A stretch of DNA of 64,000 nt. Origin: an uncultured delta proteobacterium (GTDB taxonomy: Bacteria > Myxococcota_A > Polyangia > Polyangiales > B10-G4). The first letter of the stretch is position 1; the number at the start of each line of letters is the position of its first letter. Shown here piece by piece: positions 46,401 to 57,377 of the stretch. Both the position numbers and the translations under genes were made by a program. The notes under the pieces are model-generated. The model did no database searches and was not told where the DNA came from. It saw only the letters and a list, made by a program, of their open reading frames with translations. The stretch is from contig CAVSGI010000006.1 of the NCBI GenBank assembly GCA_963727445.1, positions 96,001 through 160,000 of the forward strand, in the 5' to 3' direction.

Positions 46401-46891
46401 GCGGGCCCTTCGTTGCAGTCGTTGGCGATGCTGCCGGGGCACAGATACTCGGGCGGACAATTGCTGCCGTCGGCGTCGATGCACGCCTCCTGCGGGTCGA
46501 GCCCGAATCCGTCGCCGTCCTCGTCGGTGGCGAGGCGCACCAGCCGGACCGCGTCCTCGATGATCCCGTCGATGGGATAGCAGCGGGTGGCGACCACCAG
46601 GGTTCCGGCGGGTGTCTTCCCCTCGAGGTGCACCATCACGCGGCGGGCCTCGGGATCGGTGATGGTCACGCGGATCGGGGCGTCGGCGTTGATCTGGTCC
46701 GCGGTTCGATTGACGCTGCCCTGCTGGACCCGATAGATGGGGTTCGTCTCGTCGAGGATGACCGTCCGCACCGTCAGCGTCTCGACGTCGGCGTCGCTTC
46801 GGGCCGTGATCAGAACGGCGTGCTCCGGAGCACATCCCACGAGCGACACGAGGGCGCCGATGAGAGCGAAGGCAAGACGAGCGCGGACCAC
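43430..46891 (-). CDS. Large Cys-rich repeat surface lipoprotein (MopE-like DCDD...PGA.E.CD..D.NC repeats plus other Cys repeats)
   Basis: Lipobox LVGC; several DCxDxxxxI.PGA.E.CDxxDxxC units; 51-aa and 44-aa tandem Cys repeats; CVDTNTDxxNCGxC at the C-terminus. Confidence 0.85.
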   Translation of the reverse strand: MVRARLAFALIGALVSLVGCAPEHAVLITARSDADVETLTVRTVILDETNPIYRVQQGSVNRTADQINADAPIRVTITDPEARRVMVHLEGKTPAGTLVVATRCYPIDGIIEDAVRLVRLATDEDGDGFGLDPQEACIDADGSNCPPEYLCPGSIANDCNEGPAATCDRFEEPCLADGSGCCNRPQDTYPGAPEQCEDGIDQNCNQPWAPDDRNGDVPCLDQDEDGWRNCSASDVLGSCDCDDDNPDINPMVVESRNVEDGLCGNAIDENCDGVDSCCDLDGDGFCGDVDCNDDDPNINPGATETCTASGDTPVDENCNGLIDELATCAPDDQDRDGAIACTVMAVAGCDCNDCDAGIHPGAVEICGDNIDQNCDGMFTPCDATDADHDGFAAGPRDCDDTNPMIYVGAPEQCDMVDDDCDGVADNGCESDTDMDGWAEPPACDMDPAINPGTAEACDPVDNDCDGVVNEVFDMPTMSYPDGVRGCVACPAGSMMEWCDLDMTGSATGPVSEVLSFQNCGGCRVQCDAIRNDDCADGSCVCTANGGAECADGDRCCATGCEALDDEQNCGACGRDCNADAGRPLGRPVADQCADLDGDGSIGECSCGGDAACGDGMMCCGGMCVAFDDESNCGRCGAACYRSGGAAQQHCTETGVDTYQCECVNAGQEDCSGGNTNGCETDLQTDVNRCGRCDRRCTATNGTPVCIAGDCDIAGCDSAYGDCDGSVGNGCETSLRTLSDCGTCGTGCSRANATATCGTGTCRIASCNPGWGDCNGDDSDGCETQLVTLSDCGGCGIGCSLSHATATCATGTCRIATCNGGWDDCDGMRSNGCETPLNTNSNCGTCGTGCSRAHATATCASGSCQIASCNLPNWDDCDSVDGNGCEASLTRDVTCGACSTSCSSPETCGGGGTPRTCGCTPSPNCSGRNCGTVSDNCGGTASCGSCTSPETCGGGGTTGICGCTPSPDCTGMNCGMVADGCGSMVSCGSCTLPETCGGGGSTGVCGCTPSADCSGMDCGMVADGCGSMVSCGSCTLPETCGGGGTAGVCGCTPTITTCGASDCGMIDNGCGSTVNCGGCGGGGNQCCGNTCVDTNTDMMNCGGCGSPCTGGANMCCSGMCVDTNTDDGNCGDCGITCMGAQTCGGGGTPGICGM
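43735..44185 (-). repeat. 132-bp (44-aa) coding tandem repeat, about 3.5 copies
   Basis: CTPSxDCxGMxCGMVADGCGSMVSCGSCTLPETCGGGGxxGVCG; 73 identical bp at 43773-43845 and 43905-43977. Confidence 0.85.
44190..44890 (-). repeat. 153-bp (51-aa) coding tandem repeat, about 4.5 copies
   Basis: DCDGxxxNGCETxLxTxxxCGxCGxGCSxxxATATCxxGxCxIAxC; AATCGCTCAGGGT recurs at 44521 and 44674. Confidence 0.8.
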
Positions 46892-46960
46892 GGGCCAAGC
46901 TTAGCAGAGCCGCGATCGCTTTGCTTTGCCGACCTCCCGTGGTTAAGAGGGCGCCGGCTC

Positions 46961-49339
46961 GTGGAAAAGACGTTCGAAGACTTGGAGTGGGGTCGCCTTT
47001 CGGCGGCGCTCCGGGCCCGCCTGGCGGCGCCCCGGGCCGAGGAGCGCGAGGTCCCCCTCGCACACTCCCTCGATGGGGCGCGCCTGGCCATGGCCGAGAC
47101 GGCCGAGGCGCTGGCTCTGTTGTCGAGAGGAGAGCCCCTGCCTCTCGACGGAATCCGGGACATTCGGCCCGGTCTGTCCCGGGTCGCCCGACAAGGGAGC
47201 CTCGACGGGCCCGGGCTCCGTGACATCGAGGTGACGCTCCGCGCCGCCTCGGCCCTGCGGAAATTCCTCGCCGCGCGCCGACAGGAGGCCCCGGCGCTCC
47301 ACCGGGCGGTGGCGATCGATCCGACCCTCGATCGCCTGGCGGACGAGATCGGCGCCGCGATCGAAGCCGATGGGACGGTGTCGGACAGCGCCAGCCCGGA
47401 TCTCCGGCGCCTGAGGACCGAGGTGCACAACTTGCGCGCCCGCCTCGTCGCCCGCCTCGAGGAGATGATCCAGAAGAACGCGTCGATCCTTTCGGATCGC
47501 TTCTTCACCATTCGCGACGGGCGGTACGTCCTGCCCCTGCGCACGGATGCGCACGAGAGCTTCCCCGGGATCGTCCATGGGACGAGCGGAAGCGGCGCCA
47601 CGCTCTTCGTCGAGCCTCGCGCGGTCATCAATCAGGGGAACAGGCTCAAGGTCGCCGAGGCGGAGATGCAGCGGGAGGAGGCGCGCATCCTTTCGCTCCT
47701 CAGCGATCTCGTACGCGAGCGGGTGGCGGAAGTGAGCGCGGCCCTCGATGCTCTCGAGCACGCGGACCTCCGCAGCGCATCGGCGCGGCTGGGGCGCGAT
47801 CTCGGCGCGCACGTGATCGAGATCGTCGACGCCCCCGAGGTGCACCTCGAACAGGCCAGGCATCCGCTCCTGCTGCTCGACGGCGTCACGGTGGTCCCGA
47901 GCGACCTCGCCATGAGCGAGTCGACCGGGATGGTGATCTCCGGACCGAACGCCGGCGGCAAGACGGTGGCGCTCAAGGTGCTCGGGCTCGCGGCGCTGAT
48001 GGCGCGCGCGGGTGTGCCCTTTCCCGCCGCGGAGGGCAGCCGCATCGGGTTCTTCGATCCCGTGCTGACCGACGTCGGTGACGAGCAGTCGATCGAGAAG
48101 AACCTCTCCACCTTCTCGGCGCACATCACCAACATCGCGCGCATCCTCGATGCCACGCGGCGCGGGGCGATGGTCCTCCTCGACGAGCTCGCGACCGGCA
48201 CCGACCCTGCGGAGGGCGCTGCGCTGGCGTGCGCGATCGCGGAGGAGGTGGTGGCTCGTGGGGGCCTGTTGGCGGTCACCACCCACTACGAGCAGCTCAA
48301 GGCCCTGGCGACCACGCACCCGCAGCTCCGCAATGCGTCCGTCGGCTTCGACGTGGCCCGCCTCATGCCCACCTTCGAGCTCCTCGCGGACGTGCCCGGG
48401 GCTTCGAGCGCGCTCTCGGTCGCCGCGCGTTTCGGGATCGACGCGCACGTGGTCGAGCGTGCGCGGCAGATCCTCCCCGAGCAGGCCCGCAACTTCGAAC
48501 GACTGGTGGGGGAGCTCGGCTCCGCCCGCGCCGCGCTCGACGAGGAGCGGGCTCGACTCTCGACGGAGCGCCGAGAGGTCGCGCACAAGAAGACGAAGCT
48601 CGACGCGCGTGAGGCGGCGCTCGCCGAGCGGGACGCGCGGCGGCTGTCGAAGGAAGCCGAGAAGGTCTCCGAGGAGCTGCGCCGCGCGCACGCACAGCTG
48701 CGCGATGCGAAGAAGGCTCTCAAGCAGCGAGACGCCGACGCCGAAGCGCTGTCGCGTGCCAAGCAGCAGATCGAGGCCGCGGCCAGCGCCAGCGCCGAGG
48801 CACGAAACGCGATCGCTCGCCCCGACGGCGACGAAGAGGAGGGACGGCCGCTCTCGGCGGCCGAGCTCGAGGTCGGTGCGGAGGTCTTCGTCCCGCGACT
48901 CAAGGCGAAGGCGGAGATCCTGGAGGCGCCGCGCCGCGGCCAGGTGAAGATCGCGGCGGGCGCCATCCGGCTGACGGTCGACGTCGGCGATCTGCGCGCG
49001 GCGCCCGAGTCTTCGGACGACGCCGCGCCGAGAGGATCGTCGGGCTCCCCGCCGCCGACTGCGGGTCGTAGCGACGCACCAGCGCTCCGCAGCGCCGACA
49101 ACACCCTCGACGTGCGTGGCCTGCGTGTCGACGATGCGCTGGGCATGATGGATGCCTTCGTCGATCGCCTCTACGGCCGCTCGGCACCCCACGCGTTCAT
49201 CATCCACGGCCACGGCACGGGCGCCTTGCGCGACGCCATTCGCTCCCACCTCGATCGCGACCAGACCTACGTGCGCGCGATCCGCGCCGGGACCCGGGAA
49301 GAGGGCGGCGACGGAATCACCGTCATCACCCTGCGTTGA
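46961..49339 (+). CDS. mutS2: Endonuclease MutS2 (Smr domain)
   Basis: GIVHGTSGSGATLFVEP, ISGPNAGGKT, DVGDEQSIEKNLSTFSAH, LLDELATGTDP, TTHY, LDVRGLRVDDA, IHGHGTGALR; start GTG 46961. Confidence 0.93.
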   Translation: MEKTFEDLEWGRLSAALRARLAAPRAEEREVPLAHSLDGARLAMAETAEALALLSRGEPLPLDGIRDIRPGLSRVARQGSLDGPGLRDIEVTLRAASALRKFLAARRQEAPALHRAVAIDPTLDRLADEIGAAIEADGTVSDSASPDLRRLRTEVHNLRARLVARLEEMIQKNASILSDRFFTIRDGRYVLPLRTDAHESFPGIVHGTSGSGATLFVEPRAVINQGNRLKVAEAEMQREEARILSLLSDLVRERVAEVSAALDALEHADLRSASARLGRDLGAHVIEIVDAPEVHLEQARHPLLLLDGVTVVPSDLAMSESTGMVISGPNAGGKTVALKVLGLAALMARAGVPFPAAEGSRIGFFDPVLTDVGDEQSIEKNLSTFSAHITNIARILDATRRGAMVLLDELATGTDPAEGAALACAIAEEVVARGGLLAVTTHYEQLKALATTHPQLRNASVGFDVARLMPTFELLADVPGASSALSVAARFGIDAHVVERARQILPEQARNFERLVGELGSARAALDEERARLSTERREVAHKKTKLDAREAALAERDARRLSKEAEKVSEELRRAHAQLRDAKKALKQRDADAEALSRAKQQIEAAASASAEARNAIARPDGDEEEGRPLSAAELEVGAEVFVPRLKAKAEILEAPRRGQVKIAAGAIRLTVDVGDLRAAPESSDDAAPRGSSGSPPPTAGRSDAPALRSADNTLDVRGLRVDDALGMMDAFVDRLYGRSAPHAFIIHGHGTGALRDAIRSHLDRDQTYVRAIRAGTREEGGDGITVITLR

Positions 49340-49348
49340 GCCGCGCCG

Positions 49349-50932
<1,584 letters not shown>

Positions 50933-51017
50933 TGTCGTGAGTCTCGCCGGAGGCCCTGGGCCTTGGGCGGGGCGGATTTTAGCACGCGAGGGGAGGGGGG
51001 CGAGGCGAGCTAAGTGC

Positions 51018-52448
51018 TCAAATGCAGTGCATTTCCCACTGGCTGCGGATCTGGATGGGGCGGCAGCGGCGGCCTCCGTCGCAATCCGAGTCGAGGCAGC
51101 AGGCGTCGGCGCAGGTGCCCATGACGCAGGCGAAGTCGCGGCAGCCCCCATTCGTGCTGCACGACGCGCCGTTTTCGCCAGTGCCGGAGTGTCGCTTGGG
51201 GATGCAGACAGCGAAAACGCTGTCGTAGTCGCGGGCGCCGTTGAAACCGCAGTAGTAGTCGAGGTCCACGACCATGCTGGGGCAATCGGCGGTGGTGGCG
51301 CAGCTCCCGACGCAGACGGGTCCGCAGTCGAAGCCCAAGCAGGCCGTGATGTTCGACGCCAGTCGGCTCGTGCATCCATCCCCGTAGAGATCGGCGTCCC
51401 CCTGGACGATGCTGCCGCCCGACTCGCCGCAGGCGAACTGAATTTCGGCTCCTTCGGTGACCGCAACGCACGCCGTGCCTCCCGAGCAATCCGCGTCCGT
51501 CCCGCAGTTGGCGAGGCACTCGCTCGCTTCGCACACCCCTGACCGGCAGGCACTGCCGCTCGCGCAGCTGGCGCCGACCTCACCCGGCCCGGCCATCACC
51601 AGCGACGGAGGAGCGCAGAGCTCGGCGCCGGTTCCGGAGGCCCAGCACACGCTGCCCCCCGGACATTGACCGTCGGCACAACAGGGCTGGCTGCAGACGC
51701 GTCCCCCGCCGCCCACGCCGAGGGCGGCGCTCATCACGCAGATCGCGGGGGACGTGCAGTCCTTGTCCGTGTTGCACGGATCGCCGATCGCGGCGGGGGT
51801 GACGCATGCCCCGGTCTCCATGTTGCAGATCTGGGGCGACGTGCAAGCGGAGTCGTCCATGCAGCCACCGGTCACGCAGCGCGGCGGGCTCATGGCGAAG
51901 TCGCAGGACTCCCCCATCTGACAGGTGACGGAGGGGAGCGAGCAGTCCATGGCGTCCGCGCAGACGCGATCGATGCACGTCAGACCGCCGGTGCAGAGCG
52001 ACCCGGAACCGTCGTCCTCGTCGATCATCCCGTCGCAGTCGTTGTCTGCGCCGTCGCAGACCTCGATCCCCGGATCGACGACATCACTGCCGGGGTGCGA
52101 GGTGGGGTCGTTGTCGTCGCAGTCCTGCATGTTGCGCATGCCGCCGCCGCACCAGGTGAAGCCGTCCATGTCCTGGTCCTGGCCTTCGTCGACCATGCCG
52201 TCGCAGTCCTCGTCGCCCCCACCACAGAGCTCCTCGCTCCCCGGGACGCAGCCTCCGTCACCGCCATCGGGCACACCGCTGTCGGCGCCGATCAGCACGC
52301 AGAAGCCGCCGCGACATTGGCGTCCATCGGGGCAGGGGTCCCCGCCCATTGGGGTGGCCACGCAGCGGATGTCGTCGTCGCTGAGCGAGACGATCGCCGA
52401 GCAGCCTCCCAAGAGGAGCGTGAAGGCGAGCGCAGACGCGAGGCGCAT
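51018..52448 (-). CDS. Cys-rich lipoprotein with MopE-like repeats
   Basis: Lipobox LGGC; EELCGGGDEDCDGMVDE, DCDDNDPTSHPG, EVCDGADNDCDGMIDE; about 60 Cys; TGATG overlap with the TPR gene. Confidence 0.85.
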   Translation of the reverse strand: MRLASALAFTLLLGGCSAIVSLSDDDIRCVATPMGGDPCPDGRQCRGGFCVLIGADSGVPDGGDGGCVPGSEELCGGGDEDCDGMVDEGQDQDMDGFTWCGGGMRNMQDCDDNDPTSHPGSDVVDPGIEVCDGADNDCDGMIDEDDGSGSLCTGGLTCIDRVCADAMDCSLPSVTCQMGESCDFAMSPPRCVTGGCMDDSACTSPQICNMETGACVTPAAIGDPCNTDKDCTSPAICVMSAALGVGGGGRVCSQPCCADGQCPGGSVCWASGTGAELCAPPSLVMAGPGEVGASCASGSACRSGVCEASECLANCGTDADCSGGTACVAVTEGAEIQFACGESGGSIVQGDADLYGDGCTSRLASNITACLGFDCGPVCVGSCATTADCPSMVVDLDYYCGFNGARDYDSVFAVCIPKRHSGTGENGASCSTNGGCRDFACVMGTCADACCLDSDCDGGRRCRPIQIRSQWEMHCI

Positions 52449-53275
52449 CAGAACGCCCCTCGCACGCCGACCACGGCGCCGTTTCCATCGGTGCCGAAGA
52501 ATCCAGTCAGGCCTTCGTACTGCGGATAGGTCTCCACTTCGCGCGTGCGGATCGCGTAGAGGAGCGCGGCGGTCAGGGCCGCGATGCCGCCGGTCACGAA
52601 GAGGATGTCCGCCGTGAGCGCGAGGCTGCTCGAATTCGCGGCGTAGTCGTCGCGCTCGACCAGGGTGCACATGTCGCCCACCACGCACTCTGCGTTGCCC
52701 TTCATCACCAGCGCGAGCGCGCCGAAGACGCCGCCGCCCGCGAGGAGAACCGCCGCGCTGATCGCGGTCACCCAGAAGGCGGTATCCGCGACGCCGTGCT
52801 TCTCCACGATCACCGGTCGGTCGAGGTGCGGGTCCTCGGGTGTCTCGGTCGTCGTGTTGTTGGTGACCTGGCCGCGCGCGCCTTCGAGGCGCTCGATGGT
52901 CTCGATCACCCGGCCCCGCTCGTCCTCGTCGTCCTGACCCAGCATGCGCAGGTAGACCTGGTAGTAGCGGATGGCCTCGTCGAGCTCGCCGAGGAGCTCG
53001 TAGACCCGGGCCACGTTGTAGACCAGGGTCGGGGAGCTCGGGTCTTGGGCGAGGGCCTGCTCGAGGTCGGCGATCGCTTCGCGATAGCGTCCGGCTTCGA
53101 AGTGGGCGCGTCCGCTCCGATAGAACTCGACCGCCTGCTGCCGGCGGGCCTCGTCCACGCCGCCCTGCGCCTGAGCACGCGCCGCCGACCCGGTGGAGCC
53201 CAGGCAGACCGACAAGAGAAGCGCGCAGACCAGAGTCGATGCCCAGCGCGGAAGAAGCCAAGCGGCTTTCGCCAT
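52448..53275 (-). CDS. Secreted TPR protein with hydrophobic hairpin and terminal beta-strands ending in Phe
   Basis: Signal peptide ARA-QA; YRSGRAHFEAGRYREAI...YNVARVYE; two hydrophobic helices; C-terminus GAVVGVRGAF. Confidence 0.8.
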   Translation of the reverse strand: MAKAAWLLPRWASTLVCALLLSVCLGSTGSAARAQAQGGVDEARRQQAVEFYRSGRAHFEAGRYREAIADLEQALAQDPSSPTLVYNVARVYELLGELDEAIRYYQVYLRMLGQDDEDERGRVIETIERLEGARGQVTNNTTTETPEDPHLDRPVIVEKHGVADTAFWVTAISAAVLLAGGGVFGALALVMKGNAECVVGDMCTLVERDDYAANSSSLALTADILFVTGGIAALTAALLYAIRTREVETYPQYEGLTGFFGTDGNGAVVGVRGAF

Positions 53276-53372
53276 TGCCCGAAAGTTACCGTTTCGGGGC
53301 CATGGCGGCAATCGACGACCGCATCCAGCCCCAACAGCACGCACACATCGCAACCGTGGTAATTGCGTACGA

Positions 53373-55838
53373 ATGAATGGCGCGCCTCTCCTCGTGCTCG
53401 CTCTGGCCTTCGGCGCGATCGCGGCGCCCGCCTCGGCCCAGCTTCGCGGGCGCACCGACCACGTCCTGACGCCGGGCGTCCCCGTCTCGGCGCCCGACGA
53501 CGGCAACGCGGTCGACGTCAACGCCTCGGCCCTGGGCTTTCTCGAAGGGGCGAGCCTCGTCTACACCCACGCGGAGGCGCCCGCGAGCGCGCCCATCCCC
53601 GGAGGTGGCGACGCCGTCCGTCTCGGCCTGCCGCTGATCTGGGGTCTGGCGATCGGTGGCTCTGCGCAGTCGGTGCGACCCAACGGGGAGCTCTCGCGGG
53701 GGATGGGCAACGTCGCCCTCGCCTATGCCCACGGCAACGTCGGCGTGGGCGCGGCGCTGAGGTGGTTCGGGACGGCGGAGCCGACCCTCTCGGGCGCCGC
53801 GCTCTGGGATCTGTCGGCGACGTGGCGGCCGGTCACGGCGCTGACCGTGTCCTTCATGGCGCGGGACATCAACGGCCCGCTCGGGCTCGGGGCGCGCGGG
53901 TTGCCGGCGTCCTTCGTCCTCGCCGCGGGGATCCGTCCACTCGGCACGCGCGAGCTGCTCGTGGACCTCGCCGGTGTCGCCGACACCAACGGCCGGGTGG
54001 GCGTTCGAGGGCTGGTGTCGGTGGAGGTTCCCTACGTCGGGCGCTTCTTCGGCAGCGCCGAGGTCGACCAACTCCAAGACCAGCCGTCGTTTCGCGCGCT
54101 GGGCGGCGTCGCGGTCGATTGGAGTCACCTCGGCGCGGGCGGGGGCGTGCTGGGCGGCGACGGCTACTCCGATGGACCCGGGTGGTTCGTCACGGCGCGC
54201 GCCGAAATGTACGAGCGACGCGGCGTGCCGGTGCCCCGCCACGTCGCCGACATCGAAGTCGGCGGGATGGGCGCGCGGGGGATCGTGAGCCTGGTGCGCA
54301 AGCTCGACCTCGCGCTCCACGACGACGAGGTCGCCGGCGTCCTGCTCCGCTTCCGCGACAGCGGCATCGGGAGCGCCTACGCGCAGGAGATCCGCCTGAT
54401 GGTGGACGCGCTTTCGCGGGCGGGGAAACCGGTGATCTGCCATCTCGAAGCCGCGAACGGTGGAGAGCTCTATGCGTGCGTCGGCGCGAGCAAGACCTAC
54501 GTCGATCCCGCGGGCGGCGCGTGGCTCACGGGCACGGGCGGCTACGCGTATTACTTCGGCGATCTCGCGGATCAGCTCGGCGTCGGCGTCGACGTGGTGC
54601 GCATCGGCCAGTACAAGTCCGCGCCCGAGCTCTACGACAACGGCGGGCCGAGCGCGCCCGCCGCCGAAGAGCGCCGCGTGCTCTACGACGATGTCTTCGA
54701 TCGGCTGGTCTCGGACTTCGCGCGCGATCTGGACGTCGACGAGGCGCGTGCGCAGGCCCTCATCGATCGCGGCCCCTACGTCGCGCCGGAGCTGGTCGCG
54801 AACGGTCTCGCCGATTCGCGTCTCGGCGCGGAGGATCTCGACTCCGGCATCGACGAAGCCATGGGCAGCCACTATCGGCGCCGGGCCGAGCGCCGGGACG
54901 TCATCGATCGGCGCTGGGGCGGCGGCGCGCGCGTCGGCGTGGTGGTGGTCGACGGCGACATCGTCGCCGGCGACAACGTGGACATTCCGATCCTGGGCAT
55001 CCACATGAGCGGCGCCGAGACGGTCATCGAGGCCATCGACGCGCTCGCCGGCGATCCCCACACCGAGGTGATCGTCCTGCGCCTCGACAGCCCGGGCGGC
55101 AGCGTGATCGCCGCCGATCAGATCTGGCGCGCGGTGATGCGCGCGCGCCGGCACAAGCCCGTGATCGCTTCGATGGGCGCGATCGCGGCGAGCGCCGCCT
55201 ACGAGATCGCTTCCGCCGCCGACGAGATCTGGGCGGACCCGGCGACGATCACCGGCTCGATCGGCGTCTTCTACGTGAAGGTGGACGTGGTGGGTCTCGC
55301 CGAGAAGATCGACGTGGGCCTGCAGACCTTCGGCCGCGGTCGCCACCAGGGCTTCGATTCGCTCTTTCGTCCCTTCACGCCGGAGGAGCGCGCCCTCGCC
55401 GCGGACAAGGTGCGCATCTGGTACCGCATGTTCCTCGAGCGGGTGCACCAGTCGCGCGGCATGGACATCGAGGCGATCGACCGCATCGCGCGGGGGCGGG
55501 TGTACACGGGCGACCGCGCTCTCACGCTCGGCCTGGTCGATCGGCTGGGCGGCTTCGGCGGCGCGCTCGCCCGCGCCCGGGAGCTGGGCCACCTCGCGAT
55601 GGACGCGCCCATCGTGGTGGTGCCGCAGAGGCCGGAGACGCTCCTCGACTACGTCTTCGGCGTCGGCACCTTCTCGGCGGACGGCGGGAGCCCGGCGGCG
55701 GACGCGGGCCTCGGCGGGGAAGCGCCCGCGCTCCTCACCGCCGAGCTATCGGAGCTCGCCAGCCTGGCGCTCCTGATGTCGCGCAGCGAAGAGCTGCCGA
55801 TCTCGCGCTTGGATCAGGCGGTGATGGGCGCGCCCTGA
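53373..55838 (+). CDS. sppA: Second SppA (S49) with signal peptide and ~270-aa N-terminal beta-rich domain
   Basis: IGQYKSAPE, RLDSPGGSVIAADQI, AASAAYEIA, TITGSIGVF, ARGRVYTG; N-terminal alternating-residue strands. Confidence 0.85.
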   Translation: MNGAPLLVLALAFGAIAAPASAQLRGRTDHVLTPGVPVSAPDDGNAVDVNASALGFLEGASLVYTHAEAPASAPIPGGGDAVRLGLPLIWGLAIGGSAQSVRPNGELSRGMGNVALAYAHGNVGVGAALRWFGTAEPTLSGAALWDLSATWRPVTALTVSFMARDINGPLGLGARGLPASFVLAAGIRPLGTRELLVDLAGVADTNGRVGVRGLVSVEVPYVGRFFGSAEVDQLQDQPSFRALGGVAVDWSHLGAGGGVLGGDGYSDGPGWFVTARAEMYERRGVPVPRHVADIEVGGMGARGIVSLVRKLDLALHDDEVAGVLLRFRDSGIGSAYAQEIRLMVDALSRAGKPVICHLEAANGGELYACVGASKTYVDPAGGAWLTGTGGYAYYFGDLADQLGVGVDVVRIGQYKSAPELYDNGGPSAPAAEERRVLYDDVFDRLVSDFARDLDVDEARAQALIDRGPYVAPELVANGLADSRLGAEDLDSGIDEAMGSHYRRRAERRDVIDRRWGGGARVGVVVVDGDIVAGDNVDIPILGIHMSGAETVIEAIDALAGDPHTEVIVLRLDSPGGSVIAADQIWRAVMRARRHKPVIASMGAIAASAAYEIASAADEIWADPATITGSIGVFYVKVDVVGLAEKIDVGLQTFGRGRHQGFDSLFRPFTPEERALAADKVRIWYRMFLERVHQSRGMDIEAIDRIARGRVYTGDRALTLGLVDRLGGFGGALARARELGHLAMDAPIVVVPQRPETLLDYVFGVGTFSADGGSPAADAGLGGEAPALLTAELSELASLALLMSRSEELPISRLDQAVMGAP

Positions 55839-56255
55839 TCAGATCGCGAAGAGCTGCGCCGCGTCCCTGAACGACTTCAGCTCGATCGCGTTGTCACTGG
55901 GGTCGAGGATGAACATCGTCGCTTGCTCGCCGGGCTCGCCCACGAAGCGGATGTGGGGCTCGATCAGGAAGCGCACCGAGGCTTCGCGCAGTCTATCGCG
56001 GAGGGCGTGCCAGTCGTCCCAGGGCAGGACGGCGCCGAAGTGGCGCGCGGGGACGGCGTCTCCGTCGACTTCGTTCGTCGTCGGCGCCTCGAAGGCGCCC
56101 GTGAGGTGGGCGCTGATCTGATGGCCATAGAAGTCGAAGTCGATCCACCGCTCCGCGCTCCGCCCTACGCGACAACCGAGCACGTCGACGTAGAAGGCGC
56201 GCGTCGCCTCGATGTCGCGCACCGGGAAAGCGAGGTGGAAGGGGACGGAGGGCAT
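55839..56255 (-). CDS. VOC/glyoxalase family protein
   Basis: [58 protein letters not shown]. Confidence 0.9.
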   Translation of the reverse strand: MPSVPFHLAFPVRDIEATRAFYVDVLGCRVGRSAERWIDFDFYGHQISAHLTGAFEAPTTNEVDGDAVPARHFGAVLPWDDWHALRDRLREASVRFLIEPHIRFVGEPGEQATMFILDPSDNAIELKSFRDAAQLFAI

Positions 56256-56260
56256 CGCTC

Positions 56261-56818
56261 TCAGGACGCCCGGCGCATCGCCCGCAGGGCCTGAGCGCGC
56301 TCGCGCTTGCGCATCGGTCCTTCGTAGAGCGCCACGAGCTGCTCGAAGGCGGCGTCGTAGCCGGGGCCGTGGGGACCGTCGAGACGGCGCCAGAGGAACT
56401 TCTCGGCCGCGCGATAGCGTCCGGCCTCGCGGAAGGACTCGGCCATCATGGTGATGGCGGTGACGTGGTCGGGGTCGACCCGGGCCGCCCTGAGGGCGAA
56501 GCTCGCCGCGAGCCGCGGGCGATCGAGCTCGTCGCGCGCGATCCGGGCGGCGTCCAGCCAGGCCCGGACGCGGGCTTCCCGGTCGTCCGCCGCCTGGCGC
56601 GCCCGCTTCTTGGCGCGCTTGATCTTGCGCCTCGCCTCGGCGATCGCCGGATCGCGAGGCGAAAGGCTCACCCGAGACTTGAACAGCAGGAACGCCACGA
56701 AGAGCACGACGGCAGCCAAGAGCCCCCATCCCGCTGGTGTCGACAGTGGCACAGTGGCGAGAACGTATGGCCAGACACCACATGGGTCAATCGCTTCGCG
56801 ACAAGAGTCGCGGCGCAT
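56261..56818 (-). CDS. Hypothetical membrane-anchored helical (TPR-like) protein
   Basis: [19 protein letters not shown] followed by Arg/Ala-rich helices; start uncertain. Confidence 0.55.
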   Translation of the reverse strand: MRRDSCREAIDPCGVWPYVLATVPLSTPAGWGLLAAVVLFVAFLLFKSRVSLSPRDPAIAEARRKIKRAKKRARQAADDREARVRAWLDAARIARDELDRPRLAASFALRAARVDPDHVTAITMMAESFREAGRYRAAEKFLWRRLDGPHGPGYDAAFEQLVALYEGPMRKRERAQALRAMRRAS

Positions 56819-56858
56819 CCCTTCGCCTCGGCGCGAACCTCGGGTAGATTTCCGCCCG

Positions 56859-57377
56859 ATGCGCCACGCCCTCGTCCTCTTCACGACCTTCTCGATGGCT
56901 CTCTGCGCGGCCGCCTGTGGCGACGACGACAGCGGTGCGCCAGCCGTGACCACCGCGGCCCCCCAGACGACCCAGCCCACGACCCCTGCCATCCCGCCGC
57001 CCGACCCGAACGATCCCATCGCCCAGCAGATGGCGCTCCGTCAGGGGCAGTTCGCGCAGGGCACCGAGCCCTCCACCCCGATCTTCCGGGGCACGCTACA
57101 GACCGGCCAGCATCAGGACTACCAAGCGGTCCTGCAGAGCGATCGCTGCTTCAAGATCATCGGCGTCGGCGGCCCAGGCGTCGTGGACCTCGATCTCTTC
57201 CTCTACGATCCACAGGGCACCCAGATGCAGGAAGACACCGCCACCGACGCCTACCCGGTCCTCGGCCTCAACCACGAGATCTGCCCCGAGCTCGCGGGCA
57301 GCTACCGGGTGCGCGTGCGCATGTTCGAAGGCGCCGGCGAGTTCGGCGTCCAGGTCTTCCACGCATCGGCCTTCTAG
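56859..57377 (+). CDS. Lipoprotein with PPC-like C-terminal domain
   Basis: Lipobox AAAC; Pro/Thr linker; CFKIIGVGGPGVVDLDLFLYDP...GSYRVRVRM. Confidence 0.75.
   Translation: MRHALVLFTTFSMALCAAACGDDDSGAPAVTTAAPQTTQPTTPAIPPPDPNDPIAQQMALRQGQFAQGTEPSTPIFRGTLQTGQHQDYQAVLQSDRCFKIIGVGGPGVVDLDLFLYDPQGTQMQEDTATDAYPVLGLNHEICPELAGSYRVRVRMFEGAGEFGVQVFHASAF

Noticed and set aside
43640..46960. Apparent 1899-aa MutS2 fusion ORF
   Set aside because: The N-terminal 1107 codons are the antisense shadow of the Cys-rich lipoprotein; MutS2 similarity begins at GTG 46961
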